Positions 24,850 to 39,294 of a stretch of DNA of 64,000 nt are shown here, piece after piece. The notes beneath the pieces were generated by a model that was not told the origin of the DNA, did no database searches, and worked only from the letters and a program-made list of their open reading frames with translations. This DNA comes from Piromyces finnis finn. Lineage: Eukaryota > Fungi > Neocallimastigomycota. Numbering within the stretch: position 1 is the stretch's first letter; the number at the start of each line of letters is the position of its first letter. Made by a program: the position numbers and the translations under genes. The stretch is taken from the NCBI GenBank assembly GCA_002104945.1, contig MCFH01000063.1, forward strand, positions 124,001-188,000, written 5' to 3'.

Positions 24850-26730
24850 TAATTATATTATATATATATTAAATATAACACATTTTTTTAAAAAAAAAAA
24901 AAAAAAGAAAATAATACATACTATCCATTTTTATTAAAAATGAACCTTAAATATGTTTATTAATGTATATATTTTATGCATTAATAAACATTCATAAACA
25001 CATAATTTTATTTCTCTATATCATATATTTATAAATGTACAAGTAGTTAATTTATAAAAATGTAAACATGTATTAAAACTGTTGTAAACGTAATGTTTAC
25101 GTGTTGTAGTAGAGAAAATTATTTTTTATTTATTTTACTTTATATTATATCATATGATCACATGATCACATTTCTCATGATATAACTGTAATATTTACAT
25201 GTAACTTTTTCTCTTTGTTAATCTTACTAATAAAATTATATTAATAAAAATCGATTTCGTATTTAAATAATTATATTTTTATTATAAAATAATAGTTATT
25301 TTAATTCTTATATTTCATTTTAAATTTTAAATGATATAATTGAAAAAGAATAATCAAAACTATTTAATTTTAAATAGGTAGAGAATAAACTTTGTGAAGT
25401 TTCAATAATTAAAGAAAAAAATTAAAGTAGTAAAATCTCATAGTATTTTAGAAGTTATATACTTCTTAATACCATACAATATAAAGGAAATAAAAAAATA
25501 ATAATATAATAATTATTATACAACTATATTTAATAAATAATCTAATCCTTAAATTAATTTCTTAACCTTTATTTTTTAATAATATTATTTTTTATGAAAA
25601 CTTTTAAAAAAAAAAAGTATAATATTTTGTATTGCTTTAAAGAATATATAAAAATAATGATAATGAATAATTAAAATTTAAATATTAAAATCATTAAAGT
25701 AAAAAAAAAAAAGGTAACACTTTAATAATTATGAACAATATAGTGAATTAAATATTTATATTCATACAAAAAAGAGTTTACGAATACATTACATATTGAT
25801 ATATAGTGAATATGAGAATAGTGAATACCTTTATAATATATTTTTATTAAAATTTTTTAAAGCCAATTAAAGTAATAATAAATACTTTTTATTAAGATGA
25901 TAAAAATATTGAAGTTTTTAATAGTTTTACTAAAACACTTTAATATATAAAATGGTGGAATTATAAAATTAACTTTGTATTAAATTTATGATGTGAACTA
26001 AAATTTTAGTTAACTTTTAAATCTATTAATTATTATTTATATAATATTCTTTATAAAAAAAAAAGTTCAAAATGCTTTTTTTATTATTTAGTAGCCTCAC
26101 TTCATTTTAAAAATTAAATCAAAAAAAGATCAAAATTTTTAAGGAATTAGTATATATTCTAGATTCTTGAAGGATTTAACCAGAAATTATAACCAGAAGA
26201 AATTTTATCTCTGGTTAAAATTCAGGCAGAAAAATTTATTTTAAAAACTGGATCAAAAAAAGATCAAAATTTTTAAGGAATTTTTAAATCATTTGCTCAA
26301 CTTCAACTCTAATTTTAATTGGATTAAAATATCATCCAATGTCTCCAATAACAAATGTATAAAATTTTAAAAAAATTAATATGTATAAATATAAAATTTC
26401 TATTCAAATATATAGTAATGTGAATGTAAATGAATATATTGATAATAATTATATGAATAATTAATTCATTATATATTATTATATATATTATAATCATTAA
26501 AGTCATATACAATTTATTGTTTATATTATTTAAAGTTTAATTAATATAAGTTAAAATAATAATATTACTTTATTTAGAAATAATCTATTTTTTTATAATA
26601 AGCCAAAATATTCCTCTTTTTTTTGTTTATATTTTTTTATATTCTAGTTCTTTGGAGAATAGTTACAGTTATATATTGAATATTTATATTTATTATTGTT
26701 TGTTATATTCAATAAACATATTTAAATAAT

Positions 26731-27621
26731 ATGAAAGTATTATGCTTTGGGTCATTAAATATTGATTATGTTTATAGTGTTCCGCATTTTGTAAAAGGAG
26801 GAGAAACATTAGCATCAAAAGCTTTAAATATATACAGTGGTGGAAAAGGTCTAAATCAATCTATAGCTCTTTCAAAAGCATGCTTAGAGGTATATCATGC
26901 TGGTGCTATTGGCAATGATGGAATGTTTTTATTACAGGAATTAAAAGATTGTAATGTGAATATTCAATACATTAAAATTTTAGATGATATAAAAACTGGT
27001 CACGCTATTATTCAAAAAAATGATGAAGGAAATAATTGTATATTGTTATATGGTGGAGCTAATCAAAAAATCACAAAGTCTCAAATTGATGAAACATTAA
27101 ACTTTTTTGAAAAAGGTGATGCTCTTGTTATTCAGAATGAAATCAATGAATTATTTTATTTAGTTGAGCAAGCTAAAATACGTGGTTTAATTATTGCATT
27201 AAACCCATCCCCAATGGATGATAATCTTATTCATTTATTACCAAATGTTGATTATCTTATATTAAACGAAATTGAAGCAGCACAATTTTTAGATGCTAAA
27301 TGTAATTCAGATCCAGAAATAATGATTAAAGAATTAAATAAAAAAATACCTTTAGCAAAAATTATATTAACAATAGGAGAAAAAGGTTCTTTTTACTCAG
27401 ATTCAAAGACTTTTATAAAACAAGAAGCAGAAAAAGTTCAGGCTATAGATACTACTGCTGCAGGTGATACATTTACAGGATACTTTTTATCTGGTATATT
27501 TAATGGACAATCACCTGAATGGTCAATGAAATTTGCAACAAAGGCGTCATCTATTGCAGTTACTAGACATGGTGCTGCTCCATCTATACCAGAACGTGAA
27601 GAAGTTTTAAAACAATTATAA
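26731..27621 (+). CDS. rbsK: Ribokinase (PfkB family), intronless, bacterial-type
   Basis: FGSLNID, GGKGLNQSIA, LQ/IQNEIN, LNEIEA, GEKGS and DTTAAGDTFTG ribokinase/PfkB motifs; 296 aa. Confidence 0.92.
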   Translation: MKVLCFGSLNIDYVYSVPHFVKGGETLASKALNIYSGGKGLNQSIALSKACLEVYHAGAIGNDGMFLLQELKDCNVNIQYIKILDDIKTGHAIIQKNDEGNNCILLYGGANQKITKSQIDETLNFFEKGDALVIQNEINELFYLVEQAKIRGLIIALNPSPMDDNLIHLLPNVDYLILNEIEAAQFLDAKCNSDPEIMIKELNKKIPLAKIILTIGEKGSFYSDSKTFIKQEAEKVQAIDTTAAGDTFTGYFLSGIFNGQSPEWSMKFATKASSIAVTRHGAAPSIPEREEVLKQL

Positions 27622-28132
27622 AATTTTATTAATCCTTTTAAAATGCCTTTTTAAATATATTAAGGTTTCTATCTAAATTTAAAAATATATATTTACGCAT
27701 ATGTTATATTAAATCCCCATTAAAAACTATAGTTTGTTTTGTTATTATTTTACTTTACATGCTTTTTTGTTTACCTACACTGAATATTTTTGTAAAATTA
27801 TATTATATTTAATTTATATCCTTGTTAATAAAAAAATGTAAATAATGTAAATCATACTGAATAAAGTTCTTACTAAAATCTTAAATAACTAACTTTATTT
27901 ATTTTAAAAATTTTTAAAAGTATGTTACTTAACATCTAACTATTTTTTTGATTTTTTAAATAATGTTTATATATATAAAAAAAAATAAAAACAAAAATTT
28001 AAATCATTTATTTAATATAGCTTAGCATTTTTTTTAACATAAACTTTGTAGAGATTGAAATTATTAAAATAATTATTTAGTACAAAAAAAGTAATATATT
28101 GAATTATACACAATTAGTCCAATAATAGAATA

Positions 28133-31100
28133 ATGTGGAGGTTCAAAATACATTTTTTTATATTTATAGAACTATTTATAATATTAAAAACATTAGCAAG
28201 TGAATTTATAGTCAGTTCAAGAGATGAATTTTTATCAGCATTAAACTCAATTAATGGCAATACAACTATTATAATTAATGGTCACGTAAAATTTGATGAT
28301 AATAGTTGTACTTATGTGACCTCGTCAACCAATTCTGGCGCAATTACAATAAAAGGTTTAAATGGAAAAGAATCAGTTTTAGAGTATAGAAAACATAAAA
28401 AGGGTTTTATATTCGCTAATATAACATCTATCGAACTATCAGATCTTACCTATTATGGATTGTTACAATTTTCAAAATTAGATTTAGTATATGTTCATGA
28501 TGTTGATCATATAGGATTAGTAGATACTTTTGGAACTACTGATGATGGATATATATTATTTAAAAATTATAATTTTACTTCAAGTGATTCACAATATTCA
28601 AGAGCAAAATCTGTTCAATTTACCGATGGTGGAAGAGTATTTGTAGAAGATTCAGTATTTACATCATCTCCTGGGTGTACAGAAGCACTTGTAAGATATA
28701 ATGGTAAAAATTCTGATATCCATGAATTCACTGTCAAAAATTCAATTTTTAATTGTGAACATTATTCCAATGGTATTATTGTACAAGTGGGTAATTTTAC
28801 ACTGAATGATTCAAAATTTTATAACGGATTTAGTAGTAAACAAGGGTAAGAGAATTAAATAATAATTTTTAGAATTTTTTTAATACAGTTGATTTTTATT
28901 GTTGTCATTAATAAATTTTATTTTTATTTTAAAAATAATTAAAAAATATTAATTAGTGCGTTTATGACTGTGCGTGATGCCTATGCAATAATTAAAAATT
29001 GTACTTTTGAAAATGGTTATAGTGAAGTTTCAGGCGGTGTTTTTAATACATTAAATAATATTTATTTCGAAGCATCAGATATAGAAGCTTACAATATAAC
29101 ATCATATTCTAATGTATATAATATTAATTAGTACAAATATTAATTCTTTATATTGACAATTTTTTTTTAAATAAAAAGGCTGGATTATTTTATGAAGAAT
29201 CAAAATATCCAGAATATATATCAGTATTAAAAAATATAAAATATGTTAATTTGTGGAAGGAACACCCAAATAATGGAAGCGGCTCTATAATAACGTATGA
29301 TTGATCATGAAAAAGATTATATATTATGTATAATTGCTTTTATTTTTATTAAAATGTTATATATAGTATATATAATTTAGCTACAGTATATATATATAAT
29401 TTATATTCTGAAGGTTTATATTGTATAATTTTTACGTGCACTCTATTTAATATACAAGACCAATCCAGAGCAATAATTGAGTATGCTATATAATAAATTC
29501 TTTATTATTTAAATTCTAACAACATAAACATATAAAAATAAATAATATTTAATATTATATTAAATTAATTTATAATTAAAAATATTCTTATTATTATTTA
29601 ATTTATATGTCATTAGAAATGTATATGTAAATAAAATACATGGAATAGAAACTGGATTAGTATTTTATATTGCATCCCCACAACAGAATGGATATATTAA
29701 AGCAAATAATTGTACTATTACTAATATTGAACAAGAATCATCTGAAGAAGGAACTACAGTTGTATATTCAGATGGTGGTACAATGGATTTAACAAAGTAA
29801 TTTTTTATATTTTATTAAATTAAAAACAAAAAAACTAGGAAATATATTAAAATAAATTTTTAAAAATATATTTATCATATAATTATTTTAAAGTATTCAT
29901 TTTGAAAATATTACAACCGATCATTCAAGGTACAATTTTCTGGTTATAATAATTACAATATATTTATAAATATAATTTATCTAATTACATAATCTAGTTT
30001 AATATTATCATATAATAATGGAACAGTAAATATGAAAGATGTTGAATTTAAAAATGTTAAGAATAGTATCCCATGTGAAGCAATTTTTACTCATACAGGA
30101 GGTAATATAAATATTTAAAAGAAGAATCATAGTGCTTATAAAATAAAAAACTTACAAATATTAATAATTATAAAAGGAACTGTTAATTTTGATAATGTAA
30201 AGTTTAGCAACATTATGTATAATGGAGGTAATTTTTTTTATTTTCTTTTTAAATACTAAAATATTTCAGTTATAAATATTTATCTAATTTAAAAATATAT
30301 ATTTAAATTAACAAATAAATAGCATTTATTAGGATTATAAATAGTGATATTTGGTTAAATAAAATGATTGTAAATATTTATATTATAGATAAATAATAAT
30401 AAATAATAAATAATAATAATAATAATAATATAAACAATAAATTAAAAAAGGTAGAAAATTATAATATATGTAGTAATAAAAGTGATAAAGATTGCATCAG
30501 AGAACAAATCAAATTAATTAATGATCCAGAAACTGTTTTCCTTAGAATTGAAACCGAAAATATAGTATCCATTACAAATTCAAATATGAAAAACTTTGAT
30601 TTAAGTAAAAATTATTTATAACATTTATTTTTTGTTTAAAAAAAATATATATATATTAAATATAATATACACAATTATATATTTCATAGATACCATGTTT
30701 AATTATATTGAAGGCTCTACCATTAATATAGACAATTTTAATATTGAAAATGGGCATTTTTTGAATGGTGCTATAAATTATGCTGAACCACATAGACTTG
30801 GATCTATTGACATAAGAAATTCAAGGTTTAAGAATATAAAAAGTGAAAATGGGCCAATTATCAGGATTGATGAAATGGCAGATAAATATGAATCAACTAT
30901 TAAATTTGATAATGTAGCCATTCAGGAAACAGAAGCCCAAGATCGTGGAGGTGTAGTTTTTTCAACAAATAAATATACAAATCAAATTTTATCTTTTAAT
31001 AATTGTAAATTTATAGATACAAAGGCAAATTCTGGTAAGATATAATAGTTATAAAATTAATTTTATAATTATGGATAAATGACACACATTACAAAATACT

Positions 31101-33776
31101 TATTATAAATTCATATAATAAATATTTTTTCTTTTATAAAAAGGTTCAATATGTTATGCACTTGATACTAAATCAGAACCCTATTTTTCAAATAAAAATG
31201 AAATATTTAATTATCATACTTTTTCAACAAATCCAATAAAACTTGAATTTGATACTGAAAGTGAAAGAGAATTTACAATTTTATCAGGCGATACAATACA
31301 TGATAATATTAAATGTAATTATATTTTAAGAACAAAATTAATAATATTATAATTCATTTTATTACCATTACAATTACTAAAATTTTAAATATTAAACAAA
31401 AAAATTTTTTTAAAAAAATATACATCAATAGTTATATTAGTAGATGACTATCACAATGGTAAATTTATTTTAACTTATAAGAGTTGAAATAATAAAATTT
31501 AATATAGATAAATATATATTTAATCTAAAATATGCAAATTAAAATATATAAACCACTATTAAATTTAAAATAAAATAATATTAAAATATAGCGATTGATA
31601 TTCAGACAGACATTGATTCAATTTCACTTGATAATTTAATATTTTTTAATATTACATCAAATGATCCAAGTAATTTAGCATTATTTGGACCAGTTGATGG
31701 GTACTGTTGGGATAATGCATGTTCAATATCTGAACTTAGAGGTTAGTTAATTTATGTCATATAAATATGTTAAATGTACTTAATGTATTTATTTTTTTTC
31801 ATATTTTTTTATAAAAATTTAAACAAGTTGTTGGAAATCCTGGACGTTATGAAATTTATGTGCAATTGGTAACTTTTGGTAAGTTGAAGCTCCTCTATTT
31901 ATATTATTAAAATACATAATAAACAAAAAAGTATCAATGATTTATAATTTATAATTTTTTTTAAAAGGAAAATACGTCCAATTTAATTCTAGCATAGCCA
32001 AAATTGATATTAATATTTCAAAATGCGTAGATTTAAGTTCATATATTTATCAAGATAAAGATAATATTAATTTAAAATCATGGTAATTTTTATATATATA
32101 AATATTTTTTATAAAAATATTATTTTTAATTAATATTATTATTCTTATTATTAGTTACAAACCATTATGCAATCCAATGTGTAGTAACGGGAAATGTGTG
32201 AATGACAATATTTGTGATTGTAGTGGAACAAATTTTAAGGGTGCTTTATGTGATGAACATTATACACTAAAAAGAATAAAAATTTTAGATTACTTTGTTT
32301 TCATTCTATCTATATTTTTGATTTTGTCTTCAATTGTTTTGATTATTGGGGTTTTATTATTTAGAAAAAATACAGTAATCAAAGCAGGTAAGATATACCT
32401 ATTTTAATTGAACTTAATATTTCATGAGTTTTTTTCATTATTTAACTTTTTAGTAAGAAAAAAAGATTATTAAATTGGTGGTGTTATTTTAAAATTAAAA
32501 AATGCGAAATAGTACAATTAATTAAATTTTAATAGATCAATAGTTTAGAGATATTAACTGGAAAAACAAAAAATATTATATTTTTTGAAAAAATTATGTT
32601 ACTATATTAATTAGTATTTTAACATATTTTTTTCTTAATGAACAAAAATTCATTTATAGGAAGTATTGATTTTTTAATTATAATTCTTATCGGATCAGTT
32701 TTATATTCATTATATATTTTATGTTTATCATTTTCAAGAACAAAATTTTCATGCATTTTCATATACTTCTTTAAAAATATTGTAAGTTGATGATAATCTT
32801 ATTTTTTTGTTTTATTTAATTAATTAATATATTAATGAAAAAATTATTAATCTACATATCTAGGGATTTTCATTAATATATGGTTCAATTTTAGTAAAAA
32901 CCTATCGTATATATAAAATGTAAGAATATTGAAATCATAATTAAAATTCAAAATTATATTTATTAATATTATCTATTTTTTATATAGATTTAAAATGAAA
33001 AGAAAAACACAAGTGGTTAAATCAATAGTAATGTATGGAATTGTTATGGGTATTACGTCAATTCATATCATAATGCTTTTATTATGGATACATTTTAACA
33101 AAATCAAATTAAGAAAAAAATATACCATTGTTACTGAAGAGGAATATAATTTTTGTGAAATACCAAAATCTGAGCATCTTGGGTATATTATATAATATAT
33201 TATAATATATTATATTACTCTTATTTAAAGTTATATAATTCTAATAAGATTATTAAATTTTATGTAACTTTAAAAACTTTAGAATCTTAATTAATATATC
33301 TATTATTATTATAAGTGCAATGCTATCATATTATATAAGAGATATTAAAAAAGAATATAAAGAAGTATGAAAAAAGTAATATATTATTTAATATATTTCT
33401 TAGAGTATTAAAATAATAATTTTTATATATGTATATAAACAATATTAAAATATATTAGCCCATGGCTGTTCCAATATATTTAGTTTTATTAGTTGAACTT
33501 GTATTATATATAATTAATTTACAGGAGGATATATCTCTATTAATTAAAGATGTTGTACAGGCTTTTGGATCAATTATATCTCTTATTTCGGTTTTATACT
33601 TTTTGTATGTTGATAAGTTTATAACAATGTTCTTTAGAAAGAAAGCCAAAGACATAAAAGAGAAAATGAAAATGAAAAAAAGAATGGAAAAGAGAAATAA
33701 AAAATTAACTTCTACAAGTGTTTCTGCCAATGATAATTCAACAATTAATAATTCAAGTATAGATATTTCAATTTAA
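28133..33776 (+). CDS. Multi-exon class C-like GPCR: signal peptide, beta-helix/pectin-lyase-like ectodomain, EGF-like domain, 7TM
   Basis: Signal peptide MWRFKIHFFIFIELFIIL; F-x-N and GGV repeats (AQDRGGVVFS); EGF-like CNPMCSNGKCVNDNICDCSGTNFKGALCD; 7tm_3-like GFSLIYGSILVKTYRIYK. Exon boundaries only partly traced. Confidence 0.8.
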
Positions 33777-34062
33777 TAGTTAAATACAAATTTTCTTTTC
33801 ATTAAGGAAGCATATATTATAATGCATTAAAAAGAAATAGTAAATTATTAAAAAAATATTGTTTTATTATTCTATTAATAGATAAAATAATTGGAGAAAA
33901 ATATACCATTTTAAGTTGTAATTAAGCTTCTAACTTTTTTTTTCTTTTTAAATTTTTTCATATAAAATTAAATTTAAAATAAAATAAAATATTTTAAAAA
34001 GAAATAATAAATATATATATATATTCTTATATTTATATAAATGTTTAACCTAAGATCTCATA

Positions 34063-35430
34063 ATGATATTTTCTATTTTTCTATTTAAATTTAGTCCTTT
34101 GTTTTGTATATTAATTTTTTATTTATTTATTTTATTGATTAATGCAGAAAATGATTATGAAAAATATAGCGTTAGTAGTGTAGAAGAGTTTCATGAGGTG
34201 ATATCTACATGTAATGGTAATTGTTTAATAATTATTGAAGGAATTATAGAAGGATTTAGTGAGGATGTAATAATAAAATCATCTTATCAAAATAGTTCAA
34301 TAAAAATCAGAGGACTTGAGAAGAAAAAGTCAATTATTAAATTCAAGGAATTACAAGTTGGTTTAATATTTGAAAATATTAATGATATAGAGATTGATAA
34401 TTTAACATTATATGGATATTTGAATTTTAAAAATATCAATGATATCAACTTACATGATATGGATCATATTGGATCATTAGATACACTACAAATGAAACAT
34501 GGTGATATTTTAATTAAAAACTATACTTTTAGTTCCAATAATGTAAATTCGAGACCTTATTCAATTGAATTTAATGGGAATGGAACAACTGTAATCGAAA
34601 ATTCAGAATTTATTTCAAATGTTGACATTACAGAATCTTTAATTAATTATAATGGTCTAAATCATAAGGAATCAAACATTATAATAAAAAATTGTAAATT
34701 TGAATGTCAACACATTACTAATGCGGTTTCGGTTAATGAAGGAAATTTTACTCTTGAATCCTCTCAATTTTATAATGGTTATAATAATAATTATGGGTAT
34801 ATATTATTAAAAACAAGAACTACATATAATATAATATTAAAAAAAAATAAATCCTACAAATTACTTACTTTAATAAATTTCGATTGTAATTAATAGAGGA
34901 TTTTTATCAGTTCATTCATCATATGCAATTATTAATAATTGTACATTTATTAATGGATATACTAAAGGTAGTGGTGGTGTATTTAATGCATTAGATAACC
35001 AATATTTTGAAGCGAACAACATTAAAGCTTATAATGTTACTGCATATAATGGGGTAATTATTTGAATATAAATAAAACTTTATTGAATTGCGTATAATAT
35101 TAAATTATATAAATTTTTAAAGGGGAGTTTTTATTATGGAAGAAATGATGATATTAAAAAAATATCAATTATAAATAATGTGGAATATATAAATTTATGG
35201 AAGGACTTTCCTATTTATGGATATGGATCAGCGATTAAGTAAATTTATATTAAATTATATAAATAAAAAGTTTTTAATATTTTTTTTAACATAAATAAAA
35301 TAACATTCAAAGTTTGGATTTAAATTCCAATTTAATAATAAAAAATGTTTATTCAGAGGGATTTTATTGTATATCTTCATGTCCTCTATTTGCTGTAAAT
35401 GATAGTTCAAAACTGGAAATATTGTATGCC

Positions 35431-35474
<44 letters not shown>

Positions 35475-38400
35475 TTTATAATATAATATATATATATATA
35501 ATATCTTTATAAATATGATATTAAAAAAAAACCTTAGAAATATAAATATGAAAAATATTCATAGTAATGAACTAGGAATTATTATACATGTAGATTCCAA
35601 TTCTTCTAATAATAATCAAGCAACAATTAAAGGAAGTAACTGTACATTTACTAATATAGAGCAAGAGTCGTCAAGGGATTCTGCATTAATATGGAATTCA
35701 GGAGGATTGGTTGATTTAATTGAGTAAAATATTTAATTTATTTCTATATTAATAAATTAAAATTTAAAAATAACCAAAATGTTATAAATAATTAAAAAAA
35801 AGGGCAATATTTGAAAATTTTAAGGCGAATCATTCAAGGTATCATCATATAATTATTAGTATTTGAGATAATAAAATATATTATTATTTTTTATTATTTT
35901 TAATTTGCAACTATTGAAAGAGCATTATATATTATTAGTATACTTTATGTGTATAATAGTGGTTATATATATTTACAAAAAACAAATTTTTGTAATATAT
36001 ATAATAAACAAACATGTAATGGAATACTTATGGAATCAAATGGTAATATATTTATCTATGAAATTATTAAAAATTGCAAAAGTAATTATTAATATGTAAT
36101 TTAAAATATACTATATAGGTTCTGTATTATCTGATTACGTATATTTTAAAAATATTTTATATAAAGGAGGTAGATATTAATATAATGCATATTTATTTTA
36201 TTTTGTTTCAAACTAATTATTATTATTATTATTAATTATAAGTATTTATAAGGGGTCTAAATAAAGAAAATAATGTTTATTTAAGAAAAATAAATGTAAT
36301 TAATATTTATTATATAATTAATTAATAATACATATATTTTATATTACATTTATTAATAATAATTAATATACATATATAAAATAAAGATTGAAAATTACAA
36401 TGTTTGTATAAACAAAAGTACAGAATGCCTTAAAGTACAAAAGGAATTAAATAATGATAAAAATACAGTTTTTGTGTGGATTAATGAAATATATGATTTT
36501 AATTTAGAAACACTTTATATGAATAATTTTAATTTATGTAATAATAATATATCAATGTTTATATTGCTATTATTAATATTTTCTGTTAATACCACAAACA
36601 TTAATAAAAATTTATATTTCAATAGATACTATGTTTATTAGTGACATAAAATCTTCTATAAATATTATATCATCTGTTATAAGTAATGGATATTTTCAAA
36701 TTGGAGCTATAAATTATTCAGAATCAAATATACCTAGAAAAATAAATATTATAAATTCATCTTTCAAATATTTGTATAGTTACAACAGTCCAGTAATTCA
36801 AATAAATTATTTATCAAAACTATATAATTGCAATACTCTATTTAAAAATGTAATTTTTGAAGAAGTTGTAGCTCAAGATCGAGGTGGCGTGATTTTTTCA
36901 GATAGTGAATATACAAATAAAATTGTTACTTTTGACCAATGTACTTTTATTAATACAAAAGCAAAATATGGTAAAACTTTGGCAATTAGAAATAAATATA
37001 GCATATAATATTTTTTTTAAATTTTTTAAAACTAAAGTATTAAATAACAATTATATATATAGGATTTATTAGTTATTCATATAACATTGATTCAGAGCCA
37101 CTTATAAATGGGAAAGAAAAACTTTTAGAAATATATGGTAATTCCGCATTTATGACAAATCCGACAAAACTTAAATTTAGTGAGAATATAGGAAACATAA
37201 CAATTTTATCTGGGGATTCAATTAATAGTGAAATAAAATGTAAAGACTTTTTAAAATATTTCTTAATAAGAAATAATATTAATAACAATTTTTATTTATT
37301 TATATAAAACAGTTTATCTTGTTGATGATTATGATAATGGTACATTTATTTATTATTAAATAAATATTTAAAATAATCAAAATTTAATATGTATTTTTAA
37401 ATAAAAAATTATTTCACATAATTAAATTAGTTGTCGATATAATTTCTGATATTAATTTAATGGATTTAAAAGATTTTATATTTTTTAATGTTGGAACAAA
37501 TGATCCTAAGAATACGAAAATATTAGGACAAAATTATAGTTATTGTTGGAAAAATACATGTGTTCTTCCGGATATTACTAGTAATATTTTATTTGATAAT
37601 ACATTTAATAATATATAATTATTTAACTGAAGTTGTTATTACAGTTGTAGGGAATCCCGGGGCTTATTCACTAAATTTAGAAATAGCTACATTTGGTAAC
37701 TTTACTTTTTATTAATACAAATTATTAATAAAATATTAATAATATTAACAATGAATTAACTATAATATAGGAAAATATGCATATTTTAATAACAGTAAAA
37801 TAAGTATAAATTTTAACATTTCAAAATGTAATGATTCATATATAAATCAAGATAGATATAATATTAATTTAAAATCATGGTAAGTTTATTATTATATAAT
37901 AATATATGGCATTATGTTATGATTAATATAATAAATGAATATATATTGTAGTTATAAGCCAGTATGTGATCCAATGTGTAATTCTGGTATATGTATAAAT
38001 GATAATATTTGCGATTGTAGTAAAACAAAATTTAGAGGAAAATTATGTGATGAACGATATCAATTAAAAAGAAACAAAATAATGGATAATTTAACGTTCT
38101 TATTATGTTTGATATTAATTTCTATCCAAATTATTTTAATTATTTTTGTTTTTAAATTTAGAAATAACAAAGTTATAAAATCTGGTAACTATATTGTTAA
38201 AAATTTTATAATTAATAAATGAGTCATTTTTAATATTTTATTTTATGAAATAATCTAGGAAGTACTGATTTTATGATAATAATCTTATGTGGATCTCTAC
38301 TTTACTCTTTTCATATTATATTATATTCTTTTTCTAGAACTCAATTATCATGCTATTTAATCTCAATATTTAAATATATTGTAAATTCTTTAAATATATT

Positions 38401-39294
38401 AATTATAAAATTTATATTTAATATTAATATTTTTTTTTAATTAATATATATTTAGGGGTTTTCATTAGTATATGGTTCAATACTAGTTAAAACATATCGA
38501 ATATATAAAATGTAATAGCAAGTAGAATTTAATATTTTAAATATTTAATATTTAAACTATATATTTAAATATATATGTTTATTTAGATTTGAGATTCCAG
38601 GGAAAGTAAAATTTATAAGACCTGATTTAATGTATACAGCAGTGATGTTTATTACATTAATTCATTTATTTTCATTAACAATATGGATAATTTATAAAAA
38701 AATACAATTAGAAATAAAAATCAATAATAATAATGAGGAATTCACATACTGCAAATTACCGAAATCAATAATAATAAAGTAGTATTAAAAATAAATTATT
38801 TATATTTTATATTTTATAATTTTGATTCATTCTAATCTAATCTATTATAACTTTTTTAAAAGTAATTTTTTAAATTTTTCAGTAATAGCTGCAAGCTCGT
38901 TATTGTCATATTTTATAAGAAATGTAAAAAAAGAATTCAAAGAAGTAAGTACTTGAGTTTTTGTGTTTTATATATGATTAATCAAAAATTAAATGTTTTT
39001 TTTTAATTATATTAGAATCTATCTATGCCAGTATATATATATTTTGTTGTCAATATTTTAGTATTTATTACTGATCAAGAAAATGAAATATCAATTAAAG
39101 TTAAAGATTTAATACAATCTATGGGATCAATTTTATCAACTATTGCTATAATTTATTGGATATATATTGACAGATTAATTACATTAATATTTAGATATCA
39201 GAAAGAAAAGCGAAGAAATCTTAAAAAAAATAAAATCTATCGTAGAACTTCATTTAGCTCTTCAACTGATTCAAGAAATTACTTAAGATACTAG
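34063..39294 (+). CDS. Second, paralogous multi-exon beta-helix/EGF/class C-like GPCR
   Basis: Same exon order and motifs as the upstream gene (AQDRGGVIFS; CDPMCNSGICINDNICDCSKTKFRGKLCD; FSLVYGSILVKTYRIYK). Confidence 0.8.

Noticed and set aside
26118-26282. 31-bp direct repeats flanking about 100 bp with an internal 10-bp inverted repeat
   Set aside because: Single AT-rich instance with no TIR/TSD structure; most likely a local duplication.
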